64,000 nt of DNA from Cyanidioschyzon merolae (Eukaryota), in the NCBI GenBank assembly GCA_000091205.1, contig AP006496.2. One strand, given 5' to 3'. The notes under the pieces were generated by a model. The model had not been told where the DNA came from and made no database searches. It saw nothing but the letters and a program-made list of their open reading frames with translations. Below, piece by piece: positions 21,775-33,044 of this stretch (positions are counted from its first letter, which is position 1; each line of letters opens with the position of its first letter). A program made the position numbers and the translations under genes.

Positions 21775-24147
21775 TTGAACATGTCCAAGCATCGTGGACG
21801 GGATCAAAAACGTGAGCCTCAAGAGCCGCAACGGCTGCTGCAGATGCACCAGAGCTATGCGCAGCTTTGGTCGCCTCCTTTGCCCAGAGTGACTGAACTG
21901 CGGTCTGCGGGGCCAGCAACACCGCCTCGGGTATACGTTGCAGCTCGGAGCACTTCAATGCCTGCAGCTCACGATAGAGGTTATGCTTTTTTGACGTCAT
22001 GGTCACCGAGTCTATCTCATCTAAGGCGGTTCACGCCTCAGCGAGGCTGGAGACAGCCCACACGTCGTTTCCAACGGACTTGCTCCGGGGCTGGGCGCCA
22101 GTACCAGACCGCTCGTCAGCGTCCTGAGCGGCACGGAGCACCACAGCTGAGCGCTAACGTAGACGATGGAGCAGCTGCAGTTGCTACTGCAGCTCCGGAG
22201 ATACGCACAGCTTTTGACGCACTCGTCATAGGTTCCGGGATTGGTGGACTGGTCACAGCGACGCAGCTGGCCCAGAGAGGCGCCAAAGTCGCTGTATTTG
22301 AGCGTTATTTGATTCCAGGAGGCTCCGCTGGTTTTTTTCGGCGCGGTGGCTACACTTTCGACGTGGGAGCATCCATGATCTTTGGCCTCGGAGAACAGCC
22401 TGGCTCCACGAACCTGCTAACTAAGGCACTCGCTGCAGTTGGCGAACACCTGGAAACCATCCCCGACCCGGTACAGATTCATTACCATTGCCCTGATCCT
22501 GTGCTGCAACATCTCCTTGTCTATCGAGATGAAAAGCGATGGCTGCAAGCGCTCACGGAGCGCTTTCCTGCAGAAAAAGAGGGGATTCATCGTTTCTACG
22601 GCGAGTGCTGGCAAGTGTTTCGAGCACTCAATGCATTGGAGCTGCGCTCTCTCGAGGAGCCTCGTTACCTCTTGCGAGTTTTTCGCCAAAATCCTGGTGC
22701 TTGTTTCACGCTCCTGCGCTACCTCGGGGTCAATGTCGGTACGATCGCTCGCAGGCACATCCGCGATGAGACCTTGCTCCGTTTTATCGATATTGATTGT
22801 TATGTATGGTCGGTGATGCCCGCGGATCGCACCCCAATGATCAATGCCGGTATGGTCTTCTGTGATCGCCACTATGGAGGCGTCAACTACCCTCGTGGCG
22901 GTGTAGGCCAGATTGCCCAGCGGCTTGCTGCAGGTCTCGAGAGGTGCTTTCCAGGCTGCAAGGTCTTTTACGGTGCTCGTGTGACCGAGATAGAGATGAT
23001 GTCGGATCCTAGTGCTCCAGGTGGCAAACGAGCGGTAGGCGTTCGGCTCGCGGATGGCAGGCGTTTTCGAGCCAGAGCTATTATTTCGAATGCAACACGC
23101 TGGGACACGTTTGGCCTTGAGCCAGAGACGGTGCAGGAAGTGGCTAGTGCGACCACCGCAGCGCATGCCTCGCTTCCGGTAGCAGCAGCGGTCGTTGCTG
23201 ACACACCAACACGCGGCAGCGTCGCGGACAACTCGGGAACGGTATTAGAAGCGCTGCTGCCTCAGAAGAGCCGTTCGTATGAACCTGCCGTATCGCCGGA
23301 ATTTTCATCACCCACGACGACAGTTTCTTCGCATGATCGCAAGACTGGAGAGCACTTTAGAGCTGCTGCAGCTGTTTCTGGAGCAGGCGCGCAAGAGTTT
23401 AGGCCAGGACGACGGGCACTCGTGAACGCTGAACACGTTCCGGAAATAGAGCGTCTCTGGTCGCAACTCTACGTGAAAGCACCTTCTTTCCTGTCGGTGC
23501 ATATCGGCGTTAGGAGAGATGCGCTCTCAAATAAGGATGGCAACCTCGAGGACTGCCATCATATCATTCTGGAGCGCTGGGAGGATATGGAGACAGCGCA
23601 TGGCGCGCTGGGCACGCTGTTTGTTTCGATACCCACAGTTCTCGACCAGAGCGTTGCCCCCGAGGGCCGCCACATCTTTCACGTCTTTACGCCATCGTGG
23701 ATGGAGGAGTGGAAACATTTATCGCCGACCGCGTACCGGGAGCAGAAGGAGCGCTATGCGGCGCGACTGTTGGAGCGTCTCGAGCCCCATTTTCCTGGAC
23801 TTGCTGCAGGCATCGAGGAAATGCATGTGGGGACGCCTCGCACGCACCGGCGTTTTCTAGGTAGGCAAGACGGAACCTACGGTCCAATGACGCATCGCCT
23901 GCTTCAAGGCTTATTCACGATGCCTTTCAACTGTACTGCAGTGCGTGGTCTGTACTGCGTCGGTGATAGCTCGTTTCCCGGCCAGGGTCTCAATGCGGTA
24001 GCGTTCAGCGGTTTCGCTGCTGCGCACCGAGTCGCTGCCGACTTGGGCCTGGAGCCGCGTTTACCGAAGTTCATTGACGATTGGCTTGTTGACTTGATTG
24101 CGATCAAGCGCGTGAACTGGTTTAGTCGCAGAATGCTTCGCACTTGA
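21775..24147 (+). CDS. FAD-dependent oxidoreductase, carotenoid isomerase (CRTISO)-like, with N-terminal extension and internal low-complexity insertion
   Basis: 790 aa. 'FDALVIGSGIGGLVTATQLAQRGAKVAVFERYLIPGGSAGFFRRGGYTFDVGASMIFG' matches the CRTISO dinucleotide-binding N-terminus nearly motif for motif. The C-terminal 'GLYCVGDSSFPGQGLNAVAFSG' is the FAD-binding tail. About 130 aa before the core and about 130 aa in the middle (A/S/T/P-rich) are low complexity. Confidence 0.75.
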   Translation: MNMSKHRGRDQKREPQEPQRLLQMHQSYAQLWSPPLPRVTELRSAGPATPPRVYVAARSTSMPAAHDRGYAFLTSWSPSLSHLRRFTPQRGWRQPTRRFQRTCSGAGRQYQTARQRPERHGAPQLSANVDDGAAAVATAAPEIRTAFDALVIGSGIGGLVTATQLAQRGAKVAVFERYLIPGGSAGFFRRGGYTFDVGASMIFGLGEQPGSTNLLTKALAAVGEHLETIPDPVQIHYHCPDPVLQHLLVYRDEKRWLQALTERFPAEKEGIHRFYGECWQVFRALNALELRSLEEPRYLLRVFRQNPGACFTLLRYLGVNVGTIARRHIRDETLLRFIDIDCYVWSVMPADRTPMINAGMVFCDRHYGGVNYPRGGVGQIAQRLAAGLERCFPGCKVFYGARVTEIEMMSDPSAPGGKRAVGVRLADGRRFRARAIISNATRWDTFGLEPETVQEVASATTAAHASLPVAAAVVADTPTRGSVADNSGTVLEALLPQKSRSYEPAVSPEFSSPTTTVSSHDRKTGEHFRAAAAVSGAGAQEFRPGRRALVNAEHVPEIERLWSQLYVKAPSFLSVHIGVRRDALSNKDGNLEDCHHIILERWEDMETAHGALGTLFVSIPTVLDQSVAPEGRHIFHVFTPSWMEEWKHLSPTAYREQKERYAARLLERLEPHFPGLAAGIEEMHVGTPRTHRRFLGRQDGTYGPMTHRLLQGLFTMPFNCTAVRGLYCVGDSSFPGQGLNAVAFSGFAAAHRVAADLGLEPRLPKFIDDWLVDLIAIKRVNWFSRRMLRT

Positions 24148-25547
24148 GTCAGCGTTTGCTACTGCCAAAGCCACAAGTTTTTTCGCTTCGTGTGTGTAAA
24201 CGGAAGACATCGATTCCAGTGCACTGCTTCGGAAAGTGATATGTGCTCGATCTCATAAACGGGCATTCATGTTGTTGAGAGGTTTTGACGCTGACCAGAG
24301 TCCGTGTAAACGCTGAATCCGATGAAGAGTCTGGCGGAACGGTGCAATGAAGGTCTACGACCGCTTCCTCGCGCGAGCGCCATCTGTCCGTCGTGGCGAT
24401 GTAGACTTTGGTATGTTGAGAAACAAAAGTTTCTCTATGAACAGCTCTGGTCATATGATGTGCTGCTGCGCATGCTGCTCTGAAGCGAAATGTGGTCGCC
24501 TACATGCACCGGCGTCGAGTCGTCCACGTTTCATGCCGACACCCTCCAGAAGAAGCGATCCAGCGTTGCTATTCTTTAAAAGCAAGTTGCCCACAGTGGT
24601 GTGTTCAGCGCAGTTGCGGGCAAGCACTAAGCGCATGGCTTCTAGAGGAGCAGACGAGCGAGTCAGAATGTCCCAGGAAGAAGCTCGACTTTGCTTGCTG
24701 GAAATAAAAGTATCTGTGGAGGGGTTATAGTTGCGGCTTCGATAAACAGCAGTGTTTACGACTCTGGGAGCGTGTTGATGGACTCAAGGGTCTTGTATTT
24801 CGAAAAGATTGCATGAATCAACGCGAGCACCAGTTTATGTATCCATACAAGCAACTATATCTGCATAGGTAAATGCATCAACGAAAGCATTTAGATATGG
24901 AAGCATTTAGATATCCATCTATGCATGTAGCTCATTGTTCGCTACATGTGGCACATTGGCGGGTGTCTGCGTATTCCTTTTATAAAAAGTGCACGAAAGA
25001 AACGTTCCTTCGCTGCAACCGGCAACAGGCGTTTTGGCGAGTTTTCATCCTCGCAGCTGGCTTGTAATGCGCCCGCTCTCGGGGGTGCATACGTGCAGTG
25101 CATTCCAAACCTGCTTTCGGGACGTTCATTCGCTTCTTCTGCGCATTCGCATATCAACTAGAGAGCTCTTCATCAGCTGCCAGATCCAAGACTGCCGGTT
25201 CGTCATAGCTCCTTGTCGTGGAGGCTCCCGCGCTGTGTAGGATGCGCTTCTCTAAGAATCATGTGGCTCTCTCTACGTTCCTCCGCCGCACACCAGAGAG
25301 CGCAACCCTGGTCGCGCAGCACAACTGCTTCTGAAGTAGCTACGAACAGCAGGTCTTTACTCGGCTGTGAAAACTTGTCCGCTTTTTGAGCAGCGTCGTT
25401 TCGGGGCGGGAGAAAAACCCACTGCGCCATGCTGAACGATCGCAAAGCAGGCGGGTATGCACTTGGCTTACGTCATGAGCTTTGTCGCTGGAACGCATGG
25501 AATACGCCAAATGCTTCTCGATTTGGTCTCGAACGTAAATGTCCTCG

Positions 25548-26549
25548 TTACGAAGATGTCGACGGTCGCGATGCTCGTGGGGGACCCCTGCGGCGACTGC
25601 GATGACGCGGCTTGGGCGAATGGTTTCCGCTTTCGCTGGACTGCTGCTCAGCAGCGGCATTCAAGGAGTTAGGAACCGCGTGCGAGGTTTCTGTAGCGGG
25701 CCCTGTTGTCGGTAGCGTTTCTGCTGTAGCATGCACCGTAGCTGTCGCTCCTAGTTTGTCCATTCCAGCAGTAGGTGTGCCTTCCGTGATCCGCGAACGA
25801 CGCCGAGGCCAGAGCTGGGCGAGCTGGAGCACAGAGGACAGGACGCCAGCAGCCCCTACAAGTGTCTGAGAATGCTGTCCTGGTTCGGCCATATTCAAGC
25901 CTACAAGGATGTCACATCCGTAACGCACAGCTCTGGCGAGCACGCCAGTCTCAAAGCTTCCGGGAGGTGGTCGCTCAGGCTCCAACGCAGTAGCTGCCAG
26001 TGCTGAGATCGAGTCCTTGGCACCCTTTTCATCAGAGCGTCGTTTCCGATTAAGAATAGACCAGAGCTGATAAACATAGAGCGCAAATGAGGCAAGGCTG
26101 GATAGGAGGAGGCTGTATCCCGCACAGCGACCCCAGAAGCGTGCGCGCTTTTGGCCAGGAGGTTCCAAAAACAGTCCCGTTCTGTATAACCAGACGAGAT
26201 GATCAAAACCAAAGTAACAGAAAAGGCCCAAATCAGCCAGCAGCTGCAAAATTGGTGTTCCAAAGATCAGTTCAAGTGTGCCGCCCTTTGTGGTGCGTTG
26301 GTGGTTCCAGTACTTTGCAAGCACGTTGAGGCCGCGAGCCAAACGAAAGAGCTTCCGACCATCTGCGAGCACCAGTTCCAAAGTGAGCGCTTTTTGTGCA
26401 AGTAGTGGAACACGCTCCGGATCTTTTATAAGCAGTTCAGTATAGGGTCCGCGCACGAACTTTGCAGTAAATTGAACCAGGCGGTAGACTTTATCACGAC
26501 CGTCGGTCGTTGCGAGCACCTCTCGCAAGCAACATACTTGGTGTTGCAT
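25548..26549 (-). CDS. PEX11: peroxisomal membrane protein PEX11-like
   Basis: 333 aa. 'TDGRDKVYRLVQFTAKFV', 'LADGRKLFRLARGLNVL' and 'LGLFCYFGFDHLVWLYRTGLF' match the conserved PEX11 N-terminal amphipathic and GRK/LW motifs. There is a basic S/R-rich C-terminal extension. Confidence 0.65.
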   Translation of the reverse strand: MQHQVCCLREVLATTDGRDKVYRLVQFTAKFVRGPYTELLIKDPERVPLLAQKALTLELVLADGRKLFRLARGLNVLAKYWNHQRTTKGGTLELIFGTPILQLLADLGLFCYFGFDHLVWLYRTGLFLEPPGQKRARFWGRCAGYSLLLSSLASFALYVYQLWSILNRKRRSDEKGAKDSISALAATALEPERPPPGSFETGVLARAVRYGCDILVGLNMAEPGQHSQTLVGAAGVLSSVLQLAQLWPRRRSRITEGTPTAGMDKLGATATVHATAETLPTTGPATETSHAVPNSLNAAAEQQSSESGNHSPKPRHRSRRRGPPRASRPSTSS

Positions 26550-28592
26550 GCCGAGAAAAAGTGGCTAGTGGCGGAATTGAAACACCTTTCAAGCGCACAT
26601 AACGTTCCGAAAGAGAAGAGACTGAGCTCCGCGGGTCACCGCAAACATAGTCTGTGCAAGTGTCGACGTACGACCGTAACGGAGATTGTTTGCAAAGACG
26701 AGGCAGATTTTCTTCGGAAACCGGCTGCGCACTCGACTGCGTTGGAAGATGAAGACCAGGGTCTGTGCACCATAGCGGAGACGAATCTCTGTTTTGATTG
26801 CTAAACAGTACATACATAAGGTGCATGTCTTGGTTTTAGGGAAATAGGGATCGTAAGCACGCGTAGAGACGAGCACTGGAGACGGCGTCGAGAAGTATGT
26901 TGGAAGCACCGACTCGTTGCAACGAGCGAGGTACCTCCAACCACGGCTCTTCAGGTTATTTTGCGCGTGGTGCAGCTGCTACCAACGAGATCCATGTACG
27001 AAAGGGACGTTAGTTTGTCGTTCATAGGTAGTATCGAGAAGAGGCGCCGGCAATCCGTCCACGCACTCGTGGGTGTAAGTTCGTGCTGCGCTCCGGACGT
27101 TGTATAGGGTCTGTCATGAACGCCGGCATTTTTCTAGAGGCTGCGCGGTGTACAGCGTCCAGTTCTTCGGCCGGTTTAAACGTGTGTGCGCTCAGAGAGA
27201 CAGGCTTTATGGTGCCACAGGCAAGCCGGCCTCATCAGCAGCGGACAAGACGTTTGAAAAAACTCTCGATGCGGCTATCCAAAGAAGTACGCAGCGGAAT
27301 GTTCTCAGTAATATCAGACTAGGAGAAACCATTATTGTCTATCGACTGCCGGGAAAAGTCTTTACCAGTGTTTCTTCAAGGCGCTCCAGCCCTGCTAGAT
27401 TTCTGAACTGTATGATACGAGTGCCTTGGTCTTTTCGAGCGTCCGATGCCCTACCTCCTGTCTAGTGATTTTATCGCGCAAGTCTTCCGCGTTTCACCAC
27501 AATACACACAAGAAACACAAAACGATCTCCTCGAAAGTTCGCTTGACACAAAGCTGTTGCACGCTCCGAACCAGGAGACGTTTCCGGACGCTGGTCGAGG
27601 CGTTCAAGTCTCGGTGCAGCACGTGCCTTCGCGCATGCTTACTAGTGTTTTCACGTTATCGCGAGTCACTTGCCTTCCATTGCCTCGCCATGTGATGCTC
27701 AGTCAGCATGAAGAATACCAGATCGTGCATGCGTCTATGTTTCATGCCCTGTTTCCCTGCAAGTTTCAGGATGCACCGGCGCTGTGTTCAAAAGGAGGTG
27801 AAAATGTCATGCAAAGCCGAGAGCGCAACTTCCGCCTGAGCATGCCATACGTCGACACCTGACGGAAGCTGCGAAACCCGGACTTGAACGCTCCCAGCAA
27901 TATTCCATCGACTGCTGTCATTTGAGCTCGAGTGACAGGAGATACCGATATATTGAACGTCGGAGATAAGCGTTCAGAAACGGAAGAGGCTGCAGAAAGA
28001 GCTCGCAAAATCTGGTATTCATCACAATGGGAGCAGACCCAAACTTTAGAGTGCACGCTCGAGTCAGCATGCCCCTTCCATTTGACTCTGAAATGGGTAT
28101 CAAGGACGAATCCTACGACTAGCACAGGTTTCCTGGGCGAACGCCGAAGATCAGGTCGCCGCTCCACGGCAGCGTTGCCATCCGCTAGACATGAGAGCTG
28201 ACGAGCTCATGCTACGAACGCTTCGCCAGCTCTTGGCTATGGAATACACAACACCGAATTCGAACACGAGACTGATTCCAGGGCAAGGACATCGAATCTC
28301 TGCGAAGCGATCGTCAGAGGCTTCTGGAATCGCATCAGAAGAGCAACTGTTAGGCTCGTCATTACTGGCTCACGCTCTGCTGACGTCGGTTCGTAACATC
28401 TCTCTATGAGCGTGCGGAGCACGCTGCGACGAGGCATGTCCGAATATGCTCATTCCAGGCGGCAGGCACTGTGTTAGGCCTCGCGGTAGCACCGGGACGA
28501 TGGCGCGCTTCCACCAGGTTCGCCTGCTTGCCATCGAACTCCTCAGTGCTCGCTGCGGTCATCTCGCCCGCCATGCAAGACACGGGAATAGT

Positions 28593-29873
28593 TCAGGTCT
28601 CCATGGGCATCGCACCTGGTAGCGGACGGACTTGTGGCAGTGGTCGCGGTGCCATGAATCCCACCAAGCGATCGTGAACGGTATACACGAGCCGCCGTCC
28701 CTTGCTAGCGTGGCGCTCTTCCGCAGCATACTTGCGCAGCCGATGCTTTGCCCGCTCAATGATGAGCGCTGTTGTTGGATCCAGATGTTCGTTGTGTATG
28801 AGGCTCGCCATGGTGCCTTTTGATCTTTCGGCCGGCAAAGAGCTCTTGTCCCAGTCATTCTCAGCGATTCGTTGCTGCATGATGCGATAGAAAAGTTCCG
28901 CGTCATCGAAATGCTCCGGATCATACCTACCGGAATTTCCCGCCTGTGCGACTCCTCTGTTGACAACCGGCTCACTTCCTTTGCGTCGGGCCTGGAAAAT
29001 GCGACGAATGCGTTCGCGAGAGTGCACGTCCGACAGCAGGCGCTGCAGCTGGCTTTCAAGACCCTGTCCCAAGGTCGTCAGCGCCTCGTTTCGCCCAGTC
29101 GTCGTTGGTGTTTGTTCAGGTACCACTATCTCTTGATGTATGCGCTCCAGTACGCTTTTACGCAGCCCAAGCAGCTTTTGGTGCCTCTGGGCCAGCGACG
29201 CCTCGAGCGCTTGGCTGCTCGCCGGTGCCTGTTGCGCCTGCTGGCCCGCCGCCTCGCGAAGCCACAACTCGAGCACTCTTCGCGCGGCAGTGGAAGACTG
29301 AACGCACAAATCCTGAGTTTCCGGACTGGATTCGCAGAAAGCTCTGTACAGTGGGGCATGCGGAAGCTTCGCTGCAGTCTGGAGTGGCTTGTGTAAGCGT
29401 GCGCGGGCCTCTAACAAAGCGTCAATCCGAGCACGCAGCTCTCGAGCTGTTGCCAACCAGGTCGTTGGATCGCTACTCTCTGTGGACGCTGTTTCCGAAG
29501 AACTTTCCGAACCATCCTCTGAGGAGCTGTCGCGGAGACTGTGCGGTCGTTTTCGCCGCATTTGTTCAAAGCAAAACTCGGTCGAGCTACAGCGAGTATC
29601 GAACGCTGTCAGTGCAGTGCAGTGCAGTGCCGTTCGAAACGTTCGCCGACTGCGACTGCGACTGCGACTGCTCGAGGACGCGCTGGCCTGGGACGTGCAC
29701 ACAACGACCAGTAGCTCCGTTCCGAAGTATTGGCGGTGGGTACCAGATCTTGGAGATATGGTGTGCAGTAATGGTTGCTTTCCTGTATGATGCTGTCCAA
29801 CGAGCGATTGGGGTTTTCTGCTCAGTATGACTGTTCTGTCCACCAAAAACTTGGCGAGGCGCGAGGCCGGCAC
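28593..29873 (-). CDS. AATF/Che-1/Bfr2 family nucleolar protein (TRAUB domain)
   Basis: 426 aa. The C-terminal 'PEHFDDAELFYRIMQQRIE...SKGRRLVYTVHDRLVGFMAP' matches the AATF/TRAUB motif '...ASKGRKIRY.VHEKLVNFMAP'. The N-terminus is acidic and serine-rich, as in Bfr2. Confidence 0.7.
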   Translation of the reverse strand: MPASRLAKFLVDRTVILSRKPQSLVGQHHTGKQPLLHTISPRSGTHRQYFGTELLVVVCTSQASASSSSRSRSRSRRTFRTALHCTALTAFDTRCSSTEFCFEQMRRKRPHSLRDSSSEDGSESSSETASTESSDPTTWLATARELRARIDALLEARARLHKPLQTAAKLPHAPLYRAFCESSPETQDLCVQSSTAARRVLELWLREAAGQQAQQAPASSQALEASLAQRHQKLLGLRKSVLERIHQEIVVPEQTPTTTGRNEALTTLGQGLESQLQRLLSDVHSRERIRRIFQARRKGSEPVVNRGVAQAGNSGRYDPEHFDDAELFYRIMQQRIAENDWDKSSLPAERSKGTMASLIHNEHLDPTTALIIERAKHRLRKYAAEERHASKGRRLVYTVHDRLVGFMAPRPLPQVRPLPGAMPMET

Positions 29874-32574
29874 GCGGCATCGAGTGCGGGGTACTCAGCC
29901 GCTGCTGCTTGTACAGAAACGTATATGAATCGTAAGTATAATTGGCAACAGATATCGAGACAGGTGTGCAGCAGCGAAGCCAGCCGCGATACAGGTACTC
30001 CAAGCGCACGCCCTGCTCAGTTCTGAGGGCGACTCCGAGGCGAGGTTGTTTGCGCGATCGCGACGTTGACGACGCCCTAGGACGGCATCATCGCCAGCGG
30101 GGGGACGCTCACGCATCGCAGAGCACCCGACCAGAGGCCAGTGACACTTCCAGGTGCTTGACACCCGAAATGAGGACCCAGCTTATGCTTCGTTCCTCGC
30201 TGCACGGTGCAGGTTCTCTGGCACATGGGATGGTTCTCAGTTTCTACACCGACGTCTGCATATTGCTTCCGTTTGACGGTGCAGAACCGATGGATCAAAG
30301 CAGGATACCCCGATGAGGCTACTTGTACCAGCCGTTTGGACAGGCACTTTGGTTTCTTCATGGGCGTTTCGATGCTCTCGCGCTCACAGTACAGTGCACC
30401 CGAATGGAAAAGCGACCTGGTCCATCTTGCGCTCCTACGGTAGTAGCGTTGACTACCCGCGCTAGAGGGAATCGCCAGTGCGTGTGCTGCTGTAGACTTG
30501 TTACAGAGGCGCGACGACTTTGCGATGACTCTCATGGTGTCGGTTGGAGGAAATATTGTTCTTCCAGCGAGTCTATCAGGTACCAGTGCGAAGCATTTCG
30601 AGGAGTTGCCTCTGTCGTGGCACCGTGTGGGACGGAAATCGGAGCGCCCAACACAGCGCTTTCCGTGAAGGTGCCGCAGCCGCCTTTTCACCTACTTTAC
30701 GCTCCAATTTCCATCTCAGATGCCATGCCAGCAAGAGGCACGCATCAGCCATACCTGGGGGCTTCTATGCCGCATCGACGTAACGTGGACGCTTGGCCGA
30801 TGTTGCGGCTCTGGGCAGTTTCGCCGCAGCCTTGCCCGAGAGCACGCATTCGCAGCTCGCCGTTGGGTGCGTGCCAGGCAATCAGTGCCCTATGGCCTGT
30901 TGCTGGGGTGCTGTCCAACATGTCACTGCGAGCGTGTCTGTTGGCGTCGATGCCGCTGCGCGATGCACGCATCGTGCACGACACGCATTCGCCGACACGG
31001 ATGCATGAACAGTTTGCAATGGGTGCTATGTGTACTGTAGACCGTTTGCGCAAGCTGCTAGTCGCTGTGCCTAGTGCTCTTCACGGACGCTTAGAAACGC
31101 AGCGAATCATAGTTTTTCAAGAATAAAATTTATTCCACTCTCCCTATGGTGCACTGCAGGAGATCGACATCACGATGCAATGCATAGTATAGATCGTGGA
31201 CGAATTGCCCGTACGAGATATATTCTTAACTGAACAGTGCACGGTGGAATGGATTTCTCCTTCAGGTCAGTCATAGCACCTTGCTCCAACGGTTGAGGAA
31301 CACTGGAAGAACCAAGAATATGCGCTCCGCGCCAAAACCCGATATTCTCAAAGCGTGCTTGCGGTCAACGATAGAACAACATCCGTAGATAACCTTTTAC
31401 GGAAACCAAAAGCGATGATAATAGACACCATGGGTGTGTCTGATACTCTATATCTTATTCGTGTGGTCCTGAAAAAACAGGGATAAAATCGCAAAAACGT
31501 CCTAGTTCAAGCACGGCCATCTTCGACCGAAATCGCAACGCCAGCGTTTCTGGAACGTCGCAATCGGGATGAAGCATGGGGGCGTCGGGTTGTTTCCTTT
31601 TTCTTCGACGAGACTCTGCTCGGATAAAACCGTCGGAGCGTATATGGGTATGCGCGGAGAGGGAGCCCGTTGTATGTACGACCGAAAGTCGAATGCGAGG
31701 CCCAAGCAGCAACAGCATTCACTTTGTCGAATTATTGATGACTTTCACCGGACACCTGGCTACGTTCCTCCGCTGAACCACAAGACATTTCACCATTCCG
31801 ATTGCGTCCGAGTTTTTGCCGATTCTGGCGGTTAATGGAGCTCCTTTTCATTCCTCTGTACAGCCCGCGGTTGAAACCCATCGAAGCAGAGTTTTCTCTT
31901 GTGATACGCAATGATCGCTGCATTGGGCGAATCGCTGCAGCGTTCATCACACAGTGACGTACGGAGACACAATTCGTCTCCCATCCGCAAGTCCTACTTC
32001 CTCCAGGAACGTCCTCGCCTACCGGCACAATGGAGTGTATTCGATTTCGAAAATAAGTGGATGCGCTGGGGTGCACACATCAGAACGTCGAAATGGAGGC
32101 GAAAGTTCGAGGACTTCTTGAATTGATGAGTTCCACCACAGGTAACGGACACGTGGAGTGCGTGAACCGAGACTTGCACGCCACGAATTATATGAGGCGA
32201 TGTGTTGTGCTGATGACGAGACTTAAAGAGCTGACGCCATCCAGCTTTGTGGAGCAGCCTCTCAGGCAGGAATTGCGCCTGGATGAACTGAAGCCGATAG
32301 CAGGTGAGCGATCCAAAAAGGCTGGGTGGTGTCAGCACGAGGGTATCCATTTCATCCACATGACCGTAGAACATTTTGCGTTTGACTTACATACATAGGT
32401 TCTATTCTGGAGTGACAGAAAGAGCTTGTGGTTGGCGATAACTCTATCCCAGTTCGTGGCAGACGTTATCTTCGGGCACCCGTGCTTGGTACGCGTCTTG
32501 CGACGTTCTAGTTGATCTTGAAAGCGCTGCTTGCACTGAATGGAGTGCGCCCCTGCGGATGCAAACGTGTACCT

Positions 32575-32790
32575 GTGCATGCATCGACGTTCATACAGTG
32601 CACGCATCGCTATGCATACGTTCATACAGTGCACACATCGCTATGCATACGTGTCCGTGCACGCATCGCTATGCATACGTTCATACAGTGCACGCATCGC
32701 TATGCATACGTTCATACAGTGCACGCATCGCTATGCATACGTGTCCGTGCACGCATCGCTATGCATACGTGTCCGTGCACGCATCGCTGT
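32575..32790. repeat. tandem array of a 28/31-bp unit, about 6.5 copies
   Basis: The units 'gtgcacgcatcgctatgcatacgttcataca' (31) and 'gtgcacgcatcgctatgcatacgtgtcc' (28) alternate head to tail with no spacers, about 250 bp upstream of the giant ORF. Confidence 0.8.
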
Positions 32791-33044
32791 TCGGCGCCCT
32801 GCGTGCTCGCCCGAAATCGTCACTGCGCTGCCTTGGCGCGCACGCGGGGTCCGGAAGCGGCAGTGCGCAGCGCACCGTTTTGGCTCCTCTTCGGGAGCGC
32901 GCTCTCGGCTACCAGTGCCGTTCTCTACCAAAAGTCATAGGGAAATAGGTGTGGTTGTTGATTTTGAAGAGGTTACCGAAGCAGTTGCAGTGAAAGAGCA
33001 CGTTGATTGGATATAACTTGTAGCAACGGGAAGCGCGCCTATGC

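Noticed and set aside
30077-31126. Overlapping 267-aa (+) and 204-aa (-) ORFs in the AATF to giant-gene gap
   Set aside because: Cys/Ala/Arg-rich composition is typical of random frames in GC-rich DNA. No domain-like motifs were seen and the two ORFs overlap each other. Left unannotated.
32575-32790. Possible CRISPR array (short direct repeats)
   Set aside because: The units abut with no unique spacers and the context is eukaryotic nuclear DNA. This is a minisatellite, not CRISPR.
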